Source: Flavobacteriales bacterium (lineage in GTDB: Bacteria > Bacteroidota > Bacteroidia > Flavobacteriales_H > JAHEZO01). Taken from it: a stretch of DNA of 39,917 nucleotides. A model generated the notes under the pieces. The model had not been told where the DNA came from. It saw nothing but the letters and a program-made list of their open reading frames with translations, and ran no database searches. Each line of letters begins with the position of its first letter. Position 1 is the stretch's first letter. Made by a program: the position numbers and the translations under genes. The stretch spans positions 1 through 39,917 of the forward strand of contig JAHEZO010000006.1 in assembly GCA_023250995.1 (NCBI GenBank). Direction: 5' to 3'. This document shows, in pieces, positions 1 to 9,717 of the stretch.

Positions 1-1266
1 AATTTTTGCCTGTTTGCAATATTTATATTTTACACAATTAAGTGGCACCGGAATCCTTCCTTAAATTACTCTATTGCCCTTGGAATTTTATTTGGGTTAA
101 TTTCATTAATAAGACCTTCTAATTCAGTGGTCTTTTTATTTTTTTTATTTTATGAAATTTCTGATATCAATGAAATAAAAAAACGATATTCTCTGTTTAA
201 GGAGAAATATTTTCTAATTATCACAATTGTACTTGTCGGGTTTTTAATCTGGATTCCTCAGTTTTTATATTGGAAAATTTCTACCGGACATTTTTTCTTT
301 TATTCCTACACCCACGAAAAATTCTTTTTCAATAACCCAAAGATTCTGGAAGGATTGTTCAGCTTTAGAAAGGGTTGGCTTTTGTACACACCTATGATGG
401 TATTTGCATTATCCGGAATATTTATGATGGATAGTGAATTAAAGAAATTGAGGTTTCCAATAGTGTTTTTTGTGCTGATTAATATTTATATAGTTTTTTC
501 CTGGTGGTGCTGGTGGTATGGCGGAACATTTGGGCAGAGACCCATGATAGAAAGTTATGCGATATTAGCCATTCCCCTTTGCTCTTTTGTAAAGTTCATT
601 TCCGAAAAGAAAATATTTTATCGTGTGGCTTTTCTTTTCACGGTTTTGTTTTTTATCTGGCTTAATATTTTTCAAACTTTCCAATTTGAATACCAGTCCT
701 TGCACTGGGATGGAATGACGAAAGAACTCTATTTTAAGCAATTCTGGAAACTCGACAAGATTGAGAATTTTGATAAATATGTTGCCGGCCCTGATTATAA
801 AAAAGCGGAGACAGATGGAAAACCCGCACCAGAGGAACCAAACCAAATTCACGATTATTTTAATGGAAAAAAGGAAATTGGCAGGATTACATTTCAGCTA
901 AAGGCTTTTAATAATAAATATGTTTGTGCCGATGGAACATTAAACAATTTGGTTTTGGCCAATAAGGAAAAAGCCAGCACCTGGGAAACTTTTATATTAA
1001 TTAAATTTGAAAATAATGAATGTGCAATACTTGCCTACAACTATCGTTTTTTATGTTCCGAATTAGGAAATAAAAATGAAATTACTTCTACGAGGGAAAA
1101 AGTTGGCCCTTGGGAAACTTTTACAATGATAAACCTGAATAGTAATTTTATTGCTTTGAGGGCAAACAATGGCAAATACATGAATACAGATGAAAAATCG
1201 CTTCAGCTTTTTGCCAATTCGGGCTTTATCGGCAGGAATGAAAAATTTGAATTAATCCCTCAATGA
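1..1266 (+). CDS. 5'-truncated GT-C-like membrane glycosyltransferase with C-terminal fascin-like beta-trefoil domain
   Basis: Frame 1 is open from base 1 (NFCLFAIFIFY...GLISLIRPSN), so the true start is upstream of the window. Multi-TM protein with FSFRKGWLLYTP and SWWCWWYGGTFGQR motifs typical of Bacteroidota GT-C-like proteins. The last ~125 aa are three LxAxNxKY/WETF repeats. Confidence 0.75.
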   Translation, partial: NFCLFAIFIFYTIKWHRNPSLNYSIALGILFGLISLIRPSNSVVFLFFLFYEISDINEIKKRYSLFKEKYFLIITIVLVGFLIWIPQFLYWKISTGHFFFYSYTHEKFFFNNPKILEGLFSFRKGWLLYTPMMVFALSGIFMMDSELKKLRFPIVFFVLINIYIVFSWWCWWYGGTFGQRPMIESYAILAIPLCSFVKFISEKKIFYRVAFLFTVLFFIWLNIFQTFQFEYQSLHWDGMTKELYFKQFWKLDKIENFDKYVAGPDYKKAETDGKPAPEEPNQIHDYFNGKKEIGRITFQLKAFNNKYVCADGTLNNLVLANKEKASTWETFILIKFENNECAILAYNYRFLCSELGNKNEITSTREKVGPWETFTMINLNSNFIALRANNGKYMNTDEKSLQLFANSGFIGRNEKFELIPQ

Positions 1267-1404
1267 TTCTGCTGCTTGCAACACTCCAACTAAATTAACT
1301 ATTCCTAAAGAAATTAGGAATCTTCAAATACTCTGTTGTGTCGGTTAACCATAAATTTGATTTAAGTAACAAGGCCTTTCATTGGCAAAACAACCTTTTT
1401 TGTT

Positions 1405-1678
1405 ATGGTCTTTTGCCCCATATTGTTTTTATAATATTTTTTTCCGGTTTTTTTTATCGTTTATTATCTTTTGCCCGGTGGATTGAAAAATTATTTTATC
1501 GTTTTTGCCAGCGTGCTTTTTTATGCAGGGGGCGCACCCACTTTTGTATTTGTTTTATCTGAGCAGTGATTTTTGATTTTTTCGTTGCACACTTTTTCCT
1601 TTTAAGCACCACCAAATTGGAAAATTGGAATTTTTTTTCCTGTTCGGCAATATGTGGAAATTGCCTTCAATCCATTTA
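1405..1678 (+). pseudogene. Degenerate N-terminal fragment of an MBOAT (AlgI/DltB-like) O-acyltransferase
   Basis: Hand translation from ATG 1405 gives MVFCPILFL*YFFPVFFIVYYLLPGGLKNYFIVFASVLFYAGGAPTFVFVLS, then after a 1-nt shift AVIFDFFVAH. This matches the AlgI N-terminal pattern (MVFSS.LFLFYFLP...ASLFFYAWG.P). TAA at 1432, frameshift near 1560, remainder of gene absent. Confidence 0.7.
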
Positions 1679-1922
1679 ATGAAAATTACTCTCCTATAAT
1701 GAAGGCATATATCACCTTGAAATATTACCCGATTCGATTGAAAGTCCGAAAAAATTCAGAATTATTCCTTTTGATAATTGACCATTATTTTTAATTAGTA
1801 ATTCAGTAATTTTGTTTATAAAGTTTACCCTTTTTACTATTCAGTATATTTACCCCCATTTTGAACCCTGTTTTATTATAAACGCCAATGAAGAAACAGG
1901 TGAAAAAAAATGACCTGTATTT

Positions 1923-3917
1923 ATGCACCATTTTTTTAATAAACTTTCTCTTTATAATTTCCTTCCTCAAATTGCTCTTGCCATATTTTTACTAATGGGA
2001 ATTTTAGTTTTTCGTGACTATGGTATGGGCTGGGATGAATACGCCCAAATGATTGATAAGGGGGAAACCGCCTATTCCTTTATTACAAACCGGGATGCAG
2101 AAAAATACTTAAAGAATCCGGATGTTTACCAGGGGCCGGCCTTTGAATTGCTTCTTACGGCATCTCAAAAAGCATTCAAAATAACTGATTCAAGAACCAT
2201 ATATTTTTTCAGGCATATCGTAACTTTTATTTTTTATTGGCTTTCAGGAATTGCATTTTTTATCCTTTTGAAAAAATCATATTCGGATACTTTTATAGTA
2301 TTTATTGGTATTTGCTGGTACTTTCTGATGCCGAGAATTTTTGCAGATTCTTTTTATAACTCCAAGGATGTTCCTTTTCTCGCAATGAATATTATTTGCA
2401 TACTGTTTATGATAAAATTTTTTGAAAAGCCTTCCTGGAAATCGGGTATTTTGCATGGGTTGTTTTGCGGTTTTATGATGGATATCCGGCTAATGGGGAT
2501 TCTCCTTCCGGCAGTAACTTGCTTTGTTTTGGCCATAAAAATTGCCGGGAGCAGGGACAGGGTGCAAAAAGGAAAATTATTCCTGGTGCCTTTTATTATT
2601 TTCATTTTATCAACCCTTGTATTTACCATTGCTTTTTGGCCTGTTTTATGGCTCAACCCGATTCATCATTTTATTAAAGGTCTAAAAGAAATGAGCCGGT
2701 TCACATGGATAAGCACCACTCTTTACTGTGGTGAATATGTTCAAACCAATAAACTACCCTGGCATTATGATTCCCTTTGGCTATTGATTACAACACCTTT
2801 GCAATATATTTTCTTTTTTTCAGCAGGTATTTTCCTAACGATAAAAACTTTTTTCTCCTTTGATAAAAAAAGAATTTCAAACCTCAAGCCCGAGTTTATT
2901 TCAATTCTGATTTTTTTTATTCCGCTCATTGTAATTATAATTCTTCATTCGGTGGAATATGATGCCTGGCGACATGTGTTTTTTCTTTATGGCCCTTTGT
3001 GTATTCTTTCCATAAGAGGAATGCAGGAAATCAAAAATTTACTTATCCCATTTATCAAGCCTGTTTTTATTAATGCAGGAATAATTTTAATTACCTTGCC
3101 AATTGCATTTAAAATGATTGAGATGCATCCTTATCAGAACATTTATTTTAACCGCCTTGTTGGCCCAAATGCCGGTGCCGCAAGGTTTAAATATGAATTG
3201 GATTACTGGGGGCTGGCCAACCGGGAAGCACTTGAAAAATTATTTTTAAAAACTGATGACAAAATTATTACTGTATATTCTCCAAATGTGAACTGTAACC
3301 TCAGCGCTGGCATTCTTCCCGTAAATATGAGAGAAAAATTTAAATTTATTAATCATGATTTGGCAAATTATTTTATATCTGATTACAGGTGGGCAAGGCA
3401 TGAACTTAATGACCTTAAAAGAATTGATTCAATAAAAGTGGATGGGGCGGTAATTTCTTCAACCTATATTTTAAATATGGAGAAAAGAAAAATTATTCAC
3501 TTGAAAGCTTCCAATAAAATGTATCTGGGAGTTGACCAAAATTTGAGCAATTTAATTTTTGCCAAAAAGGACGAACCAAGCATAAATGAAACATTTACTT
3601 TGATAAGGCTTGAAGGAAACAATTATGCCATTGTATCTAATGAAGAGCATTTTCTTTGCTCTGAATTGGAGAATAAAAATGAGCTTACTGCCACAAGAAC
3701 TAAGGCGGGTGAATGGGAAACTTTTAAATTGATTAATCTGGATAGCAATTTTGTTGCATTAAAAGCTTATAACAATAAATATTTAAGTATGGAAGAAAAA
3801 ACTTTTCAAATTTTGGCAAAAGCGGATACAATTGGGAAAAACGAAAAGTTTGAACTTATTGAAGGTTGTTTTGGCTGCAAACTTTTTCCGAAAGGCTATA
3901 TTTATTCTGAACCATAA
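1923..3917 (+). CDS. GT-C (ArnT/PMT, GT39/83-like) glycosyltransferase with C-terminal fascin-like beta-trefoil domain
   Basis: DYGMGWDE acidic motif after TM1, PRIFADSFYNSKD, LPWHY, YDAWRH, ELDYWG; many TM helices; C-terminal ETF/WETF/EKF triple repeat. Confidence 0.8.
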   Translation: MHHFFNKLSLYNFLPQIALAIFLLMGILVFRDYGMGWDEYAQMIDKGETAYSFITNRDAEKYLKNPDVYQGPAFELLLTASQKAFKITDSRTIYFFRHIVTFIFYWLSGIAFFILLKKSYSDTFIVFIGICWYFLMPRIFADSFYNSKDVPFLAMNIICILFMIKFFEKPSWKSGILHGLFCGFMMDIRLMGILLPAVTCFVLAIKIAGSRDRVQKGKLFLVPFIIFILSTLVFTIAFWPVLWLNPIHHFIKGLKEMSRFTWISTTLYCGEYVQTNKLPWHYDSLWLLITTPLQYIFFFSAGIFLTIKTFFSFDKKRISNLKPEFISILIFFIPLIVIIILHSVEYDAWRHVFFLYGPLCILSIRGMQEIKNLLIPFIKPVFINAGIILITLPIAFKMIEMHPYQNIYFNRLVGPNAGAARFKYELDYWGLANREALEKLFLKTDDKIITVYSPNVNCNLSAGILPVNMREKFKFINHDLANYFISDYRWARHELNDLKRIDSIKVDGAVISSTYILNMEKRKIIHLKASNKMYLGVDQNLSNLIFAKKDEPSINETFTLIRLEGNNYAIVSNEEHFLCSELENKNELTATRTKAGEWETFKLINLDSNFVALKAYNNKYLSMEEKTFQILAKADTIGKNEKFELIEGCFGCKLFPKGYIYSEP

Positions 3918-3971
3918 ATCTTTACTTTTTCTTCCACTAAACCATGGTGGAATAACTTTTAAGTATAAATG

Positions 3972-5945
3972 CTAAGAATTTGACTTCCTTCCTTTAAACG
4001 ACAATTTCATACTATTTATATATACAGGCATTTTCTCTTTGTTCCAGATATAAGTTACTAAAAAGCTGTTCGATAAAATAGGATTCGTGAATGAGTTGGA
4101 TAGGCTAATTACAAAATTATTTTCTGCATCCGGGGATAGTGTTGAAACATCCAGACTTTTATACGAAACAGATTCTTTGCTTTGGGTTTCTATGGAAGAA
4201 ACAAGAAACAATGAATTTTTGGGTATCGCAGAATCTTTTTTCAAAGAAATAGAAACGGTTGTAATAAATTCACCTTCTTTTTTTGTTATTAATTCATTTT
4301 GGCTTATTCTGAAGGTGGGCCCAAATTCTTCATTTTCGAGGTTTAACCCCTGGGAAATTGTTGTGCCTGAACTATCATTATAGTAATTTTTTTCCTGCAG
4401 AATTTCTGTGATGAAATCACCTTGGTCTGTTTTTTTTCTATGAAATAGATAAACATTCTTTTGGCCCAATAATGATTCCCATTCAGGATCTGAAAATAAT
4501 TCCTCCAATTTAATATTAAATGATTCCGGGGTGAGGGGATAAGGATTGTTAGATTTTACCAGCAAAATATAATCCGCATCATCCACCACCGGGAAAAGGT
4601 ATATAACATCACGAAAAGCCAAATGCGAAACCAAAGGTGAACTGGCACTCACTTTGGCTGTATCCGGAATTAGTGCCATGGCTCCTTCAATTTTTTCCCG
4701 GTCGAAATCGCAGCCATAATGCCAGGGGCTGTAAAACCGGGCATTCAACGGCTCATACCATAAAGAAACCCGGTGTTCTAATTTATGAAACGTAGTAACC
4801 AGGGTGGAAACACAAACACCCGCTGCGAAAATCAATGATTTTAAATAGGTGGTTAAACTGCTTATCCAGATAAATAATGCAATCGAAATAACAGGAACAA
4901 ATTCTATTGAATATTGATAATTTAAACCCCACCGTTCAACAAAATCATTTAGTACCTTTTGACCAAATATCGGAATCAAAAAAATAAAAAATTTTGGTTT
5001 AAAAAAAAGTACAAATCCTCCTGACAAAAATAAGGTGATGTACATTTCTCTTTTTATTCCATCAGCTTCGGGCCAGTTCAGGTGATTGATAAAAAAAAGT
5101 TTAAAAAAATAAAATGGCCTGGTAACTATAGTGGTTAGGGCTTCTCCCAGGTTGTTCCCCAACGCCTTGAATGCAAAATGGTGATATCCTTTTTCGGGAT
5201 TCAGGTTTCCCAAATGAGGCATTAGAACTTTTACCACTAAAACAAAATACACTGAAGCAATAGCACAAAGAACAATCCCGCTGAATAAAAGTTTTTTGTC
5301 TTTGTAATGAATTGCTGCCAGCCCAAGGCTTATGAATACTGCCCACAAGGCCATATTCTCTTTGGTAATAAGTATGGCGACAAAGGTTAGCAAGGCAGGC
5401 CATTTCCTTTTCTGCTCAAAATAATAAATAAACCATGGAACGATGCAGGCAGCCACCACGTTATCATGGTAATCGAAAGCAAGGGCTGAATATATTCCCC
5501 ACATTGAAAAAAAATGGATTGCGGCTAATTCAGGAATCCGGGAATAAATGTTATTCCGGCTTTTAAAATAGGTGTAAACCCCAAAACCTCCCAAAAGAAG
5601 AGCAACAATTTGTACCATTAGCATGGAATAGGAACCTAGGAACCAATAGATGGGGGAAACCAATGGGGTTATCAAAGAAAAATGATCTGCTAAAGGGTTG
5701 GAAAATCTGTCCTTCATTAATACACAATCATTGGATCGGAAATGTGCAAAATCGAAGAGGGCATTATTGAATAAACCTAAATCAAATGCATAAGTGCGGT
5801 AGTTGAAATGATTAATAAAAGAAATTGAACAAAAAATAATTCCGAAACAAATCAGGATGATTTGAATCGGAGTGATTTTTTTTAAAACATTTAATTGATT
5901 CATTTTAATAAAATTGAATAAAACATTTTTTATTTTTCGAGTCAA
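3972..5945 (-). CDS. DUF2079-family GT-C-like membrane protein with extra C-terminal soluble beta domain
   Basis: YRTYAFDLGLFNNAL, DHFS, FDYH, KEN and YQYS motifs characteristic of DUF2079. TTG start overlaps the upstream stop; alternative ATG at 5903. Confidence 0.8.
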   Translation of the reverse strand: MTRKIKNVLFNFIKMNQLNVLKKITPIQIILICFGIIFCSISFINHFNYRTYAFDLGLFNNALFDFAHFRSNDCVLMKDRFSNPLADHFSLITPLVSPIYWFLGSYSMLMVQIVALLLGGFGVYTYFKSRNNIYSRIPELAAIHFFSMWGIYSALAFDYHDNVVAACIVPWFIYYFEQKRKWPALLTFVAILITKENMALWAVFISLGLAAIHYKDKKLLFSGIVLCAIASVYFVLVVKVLMPHLGNLNPEKGYHHFAFKALGNNLGEALTTIVTRPFYFFKLFFINHLNWPEADGIKREMYITLFLSGGFVLFFKPKFFIFLIPIFGQKVLNDFVERWGLNYQYSIEFVPVISIALFIWISSLTTYLKSLIFAAGVCVSTLVTTFHKLEHRVSLWYEPLNARFYSPWHYGCDFDREKIEGAMALIPDTAKVSASSPLVSHLAFRDVIYLFPVVDDADYILLVKSNNPYPLTPESFNIKLEELFSDPEWESLLGQKNVYLFHRKKTDQGDFITEILQEKNYYNDSSGTTISQGLNLENEEFGPTFRISQNELITKKEGEFITTVSISLKKDSAIPKNSLFLVSSIETQSKESVSYKSLDVSTLSPDAENNFVISLSNSFTNPILSNSFLVTYIWNKEKMPVYINSMKLSFKGRKSNS

Positions 5946-7432
5946 TTTATTTCCTTAATCGGAACTAATTTTAAGACTCCCAGATTTACACCTGATAAAT
6001 TCTCACTTAAAATTTTCACAGAATCAGGCAAAACTTCCCCTCTTGCCATATTAAATAAAGTTGCGGAAGCCATCCAATGAAAATATTGAAAGTTACCAAA
6101 AAGCTCGAAACTTCCGTCTGGTTTGCTTACGGAATAAAACGAGTGAACCCAATTTTCATCCCATCCTAAAACAACTCCGCCAGCTATGGGATTGTTGTTG
6201 TTATCAAATAATTTTCCCTCTAACCTGAAGTGATTCAATCCCGAATAGTTGTAATAATTGGGCATACAAACGCAGCTATCTTTAATCCCGTTGTTTTCAA
6301 ATTCTCTAAAAGCTTCGGTAATTGGCTTTGGCTTACCTGAAACTAAATTCCCTTTTTTTGTTACTGTTTCACCTTCCCTGCTCATAACCCCCAAATAGTT
6401 TGGATAAAACACCTTCCAGTCAACATCCTTATATTGCCACCATGAATAACCGGATCCTCCACAGTTGTACACTTGTTTTAATGTTTTTCTTGCAAATGAT
6501 AATTGCCGGGTGTATGGAATAGAATCATCATCTGCCGGAAATCCTGTTTCGCCAATTATCCATGGTTTTTTTACATATTTTCCATACCAATAGGTTTCAT
6601 TCATTACCTGTTCGGGTTCATATTCATAAGGATGAAAGGAAACAAAATCAACCGCCAGTAGGTTTGGATCCCATTCAAAAACTTCTCTAACTCCGGCCAA
6701 TCCAACTGTAAATAATTGGTTTGGGGCATATTTATTCATTAGTTTTTTCCACCTTGAAGTTATTTCAAATGGTCCGGTTTTTTTTCTTTCGAGAGAATCA
6801 AAGTAAAGGGGTTCGTTAAAAAAATCATAAGCCAAAATAGTACTGTCAGAATTAAATTCACTCACAAATTTTATCAAATGTTGTTCGGGTAAGGAATATC
6901 CGGGTAACGTTTGAATCAGAAAAATAACTTTTAGTCCATTACTACTGGCGATAAAAAGCAAATCGCGGATAGCATTAAAATATTCTTTATAATTTTCATC
7001 TTCCCTAAATGAAATCTCTTTGTGACCCTCATTTCCGGTACTTGCAGAAATGGATAATTTTTGAGCGGTTTTATCAAAATTTAATTCCCCTATTCCAACA
7101 ATCCGAATGGTATTGAAGCCCATTTCGCTGATCATTTCAAATTCCGACATCAATTGTTTAAGGCAGGATTCTTTGGTGGTAAACTTATGCTTTGAATCAG
7201 AATTATAATCAGGAAAAATGCATGGCCATAAATTCTTTCCATCTGTTTGGAGAGATATTTTGCAATTTAAGACCATTGGGAAAAATATTTTTTCATGGAA
7301 CCTAAAAATATTATCAGTTATAGAAACGAACCCGGGAGAAGTTTTTTTTTTATCAATGAAATAAAATGGATAGGCCAAATAAATTATTGCAGAGATTGAA
7401 AAAATAATAAATACATATAGGTACTTTTTCAT
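5942..7432 (-). CDS. Membrane-anchored clan GH-A glycoside hydrolase (GH5/GH2-like TIM barrel) with C-terminal beta-sandwich
   Basis: N-terminal TM/signal, MGFNTIRI, YDFFNEP (acid/base Glu), SFHPY, IIGETG (nucleophile Glu), SWWQY. Confidence 0.8.
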   Translation of the reverse strand: MKKYLYVFIIFSISAIIYLAYPFYFIDKKKTSPGFVSITDNIFRFHEKIFFPMVLNCKISLQTDGKNLWPCIFPDYNSDSKHKFTTKESCLKQLMSEFEMISEMGFNTIRIVGIGELNFDKTAQKLSISASTGNEGHKEISFREDENYKEYFNAIRDLLFIASSNGLKVIFLIQTLPGYSLPEQHLIKFVSEFNSDSTILAYDFFNEPLYFDSLERKKTGPFEITSRWKKLMNKYAPNQLFTVGLAGVREVFEWDPNLLAVDFVSFHPYEYEPEQVMNETYWYGKYVKKPWIIGETGFPADDDSIPYTRQLSFARKTLKQVYNCGGSGYSWWQYKDVDWKVFYPNYLGVMSREGETVTKKGNLVSGKPKPITEAFREFENNGIKDSCVCMPNYYNYSGLNHFRLEGKLFDNNNNPIAGGVVLGWDENWVHSFYSVSKPDGSFELFGNFQYFHWMASATLFNMARGEVLPDSVKILSENLSGVNLGVLKLVPIKEIN

Positions 7433-7493
7433 AGATGAAATTTGCCAGGCATTAATCCCTTCTTAATCCCCATTTTCCGAAGATATTTATTAA

Positions 7494-7501
7494 TAAATTT
7501 G
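7494..7501 (+). promoter_or_regulatory. Bacteroidota sigma-A -7 box (TAAATTTG)
   Basis: Exact TAnnTTTG about 50 nt upstream of ATG 7551; no clear -33 box. Confidence 0.35.
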
Positions 7502-7550
7502 TTTCCGGCAAAAATAGTTTTAAATCAGTTTGTTTTATGAAAACCCGGAG

Positions 7551-8993
7551 ATGAAAATATTTGTGAAAATTGCTTTTTGCCTTTTCCTTTTGTTTTCGGT
7601 TGTTTTTTCCTTTAAAAGGTATTATTACTTTACTCTGGAGGGTGATTTGCCTGCCATTGTTTTGCCCGATTCGGGTTTTTATCAAACTGTAATGGATGAT
7701 CCCTTCGGGTTAAATGTAATTCTTCACGATTCTGTTTATCCTGCTACAAATCGTTTTTTTACTCATCTTGAAATTGAATGGTGTTTTAAAACACTTCCAT
7801 TTTGCTTTCAAAAACTTTCTACTCCTGTTAAAAGCATATATTATTCCTGTGCATTGGTAAAAACAGGCGTTCAATTCTTTTTGATTTTTCTAATGGCCTT
7901 TGTTATTACCGGAAGCCGAAAATTTTTTGGCTTTGATTTTTTATTTGTTGGTGTTCTCCTAATTCCATTTTTTCAAACTTTCGGGTTTAATCAATGGATG
8001 GGTATTATTGATCATTCAATAACCTACACTTTTTTTTATGCTCTTTCTTTAGGATTGGTTATGGCTTTTTTTCTACCCTTTTTTTATAATTGGTTTCACA
8101 AAGGATCATTAAAGATTAATTATTTAACTTTTATTCTCCTTATTTGCCTTTTGGTAATTATTTCTTTCAACGGACCGCTTAACCCTCCACTGATACTTTT
8201 AATTGGTTTAACCATTATTTTTAATTTTTTTTCCGGAATTTTTTTTTCTTTTAATGCAATTTCTATTTTTGAAAAAATCAAGATTTCATTAAAATCCATC
8301 CCATTAAACTTGTTTTTATTAATTTTCCTTGCCTGTTTAATGAGTGGGTATTCCTTTTACATTGGTTTAAATAACTCAGAAAATCTTTGGGAAAAAATTT
8401 CACTTGGTGAACGATACTCCCGCCTTCCTTCAGGTCTCTGGAATCAATATCTATCCGTACCAGGTCCGGTTTTGCTGATTACAATATTAATTTTAAATGT
8501 TTTTATTATTTATTTCCTTAAAGATGATTTGAAAAAGAAAAAAATCTTTTTCCTTCTTAAATGGTTTGCCATTTTGTGTTTAATTTATATTTTGCTTCTC
8601 CCGCTGGGTGGTTACAGGTCGTACAGGCCCGATATTATTCGTAGGGATACCATTTTGCCTGTTACTTTAGGACTTTTATTTTTTTATGGTTTGACTGCAT
8701 TTTATATTATTAAAACCGTTTCGGTTAAATACAAAAAACCATATTATTCTCTAATTTTTATTGTAGGACTAATATTTTTTGTTCACGATTTTGAGTTGAG
8801 AAAATACAACCTCTGCGAAAGAAACGCTTTCGAAAAAATATCCCAATCGCCCGACCGGGTTGTTTTTCTGGATAACGATTGTTCGGTGATGAACTGGGGA
8901 AAAACGCTCGATACCGCAAATTCAGAAAACAAAACAAAAGTGTTGCTTTATTGGGGGGTAATCAAAGAAAAGAAATTATATTATCAAAAATAA
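7551..8993 (+). CDS. Polytopic membrane protein, probable GT-C-like
   Basis: About 11 hydrophobic segments, EGD acidic motif just after TM1, LGGYRSYRPDIIRRDT loop. ATG 7551 preferred over TTG 7530. Function inferred from topology and context. Confidence 0.55.
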   Translation: MKIFVKIAFCLFLLFSVVFSFKRYYYFTLEGDLPAIVLPDSGFYQTVMDDPFGLNVILHDSVYPATNRFFTHLEIEWCFKTLPFCFQKLSTPVKSIYYSCALVKTGVQFFLIFLMAFVITGSRKFFGFDFLFVGVLLIPFFQTFGFNQWMGIIDHSITYTFFYALSLGLVMAFFLPFFYNWFHKGSLKINYLTFILLICLLVIISFNGPLNPPLILLIGLTIIFNFFSGIFFSFNAISIFEKIKISLKSIPLNLFLLIFLACLMSGYSFYIGLNNSENLWEKISLGERYSRLPSGLWNQYLSVPGPVLLITILILNVFIIYFLKDDLKKKKIFFLLKWFAILCLIYILLLPLGGYRSYRPDIIRRDTILPVTLGLLFFYGLTAFYIIKTVSVKYKKPYYSLIFIVGLIFFVHDFELRKYNLCERNAFEKISQSPDRVVFLDNDCSVMNWGKTLDTANSENKTKVLLYWGVIKEKKLYYQK

Positions 8994-9000
8994 AAACAGG

Positions 9001-9708
9001 TCAAAACGAATATTTAATAATACACCATAGGGCCCTCAGACCATCCTTCCAACCAATTTTTTTTCCTTCCTCGTAAGTACGTCCATAATAAGAAATCCCT
9101 ACCTCATAAATCCGAACTCCTGCAATCCGGGCCGTTTTTGCGGTAACCTCCGGTTCAAACCCAAATCTTTTTTCTGCCAGCTTAATTTTCTTTATTATTT
9201 CCGCCCTGAATAATTTGTAGCAGGTTTCCATATCTGTAAGGTTCAGGTTGGTGAACATATTTGAAAAAAAGGTAAGGAATTTATTTCCCAGTGAATGCCA
9301 GAAAAATAAAATCCGGTGGGGGTTTCCACCCATAAAACGAGAACCATAAACCACATCAGCAAAGCCATCAAGAATAGGCTGAAGCATCAGGTTGTATTCC
9401 CTTGGGTCGTACTCAAGGTCGGCATCCTGAATAATAATAAAATCACCCTTTGCCATTTCAATCCCCTTGTGTATGGCTGCGCCCTTGCCCATGTTTTTTG
9501 GTTGATTTATTAGTTGGATTGAAAGGGATGCGGTTTCCAATATATATTTTTCAATAGTTTCGAGGGTACTGTCGGCAGAGCAATCATTCACAATAATTAT
9601 TTCTTTTTGAATATTGTTTACCAGGTTTACTGCCAAAATCTTGTTTAAAATAAGATGAATGGTTTTGGCTTCGTTGTATGCGGGAATGATGATGGATAGT
9701 TTTTGCAT
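9001..9708 (-). CDS. GT2 polyprenol-phosphate glycosyltransferase (DPM1-like)
   Basis: [44 protein letters not shown]. Confidence 0.92.
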   Translation of the reverse strand: MQKLSIIIPAYNEAKTIHLILNKILAVNLVNNIQKEIIIVNDCSADSTLETIEKYILETASLSIQLINQPKNMGKGAAIHKGIEMAKGDFIIIQDADLEYDPREYNLMLQPILDGFADVVYGSRFMGGNPHRILFFWHSLGNKFLTFFSNMFTNLNLTDMETCYKLFRAEIIKKIKLAEKRFGFEPEVTAKTARIAGVRIYEVGISYYGRTYEEGKKIGWKDGLRALWCIIKYSF

Positions 9709-9717
9709 TTGAAAATT

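Noticed and set aside
1338-1562. 74-aa ORF
   Set aside because: Off-frame shadow of the MBOAT pseudogene.
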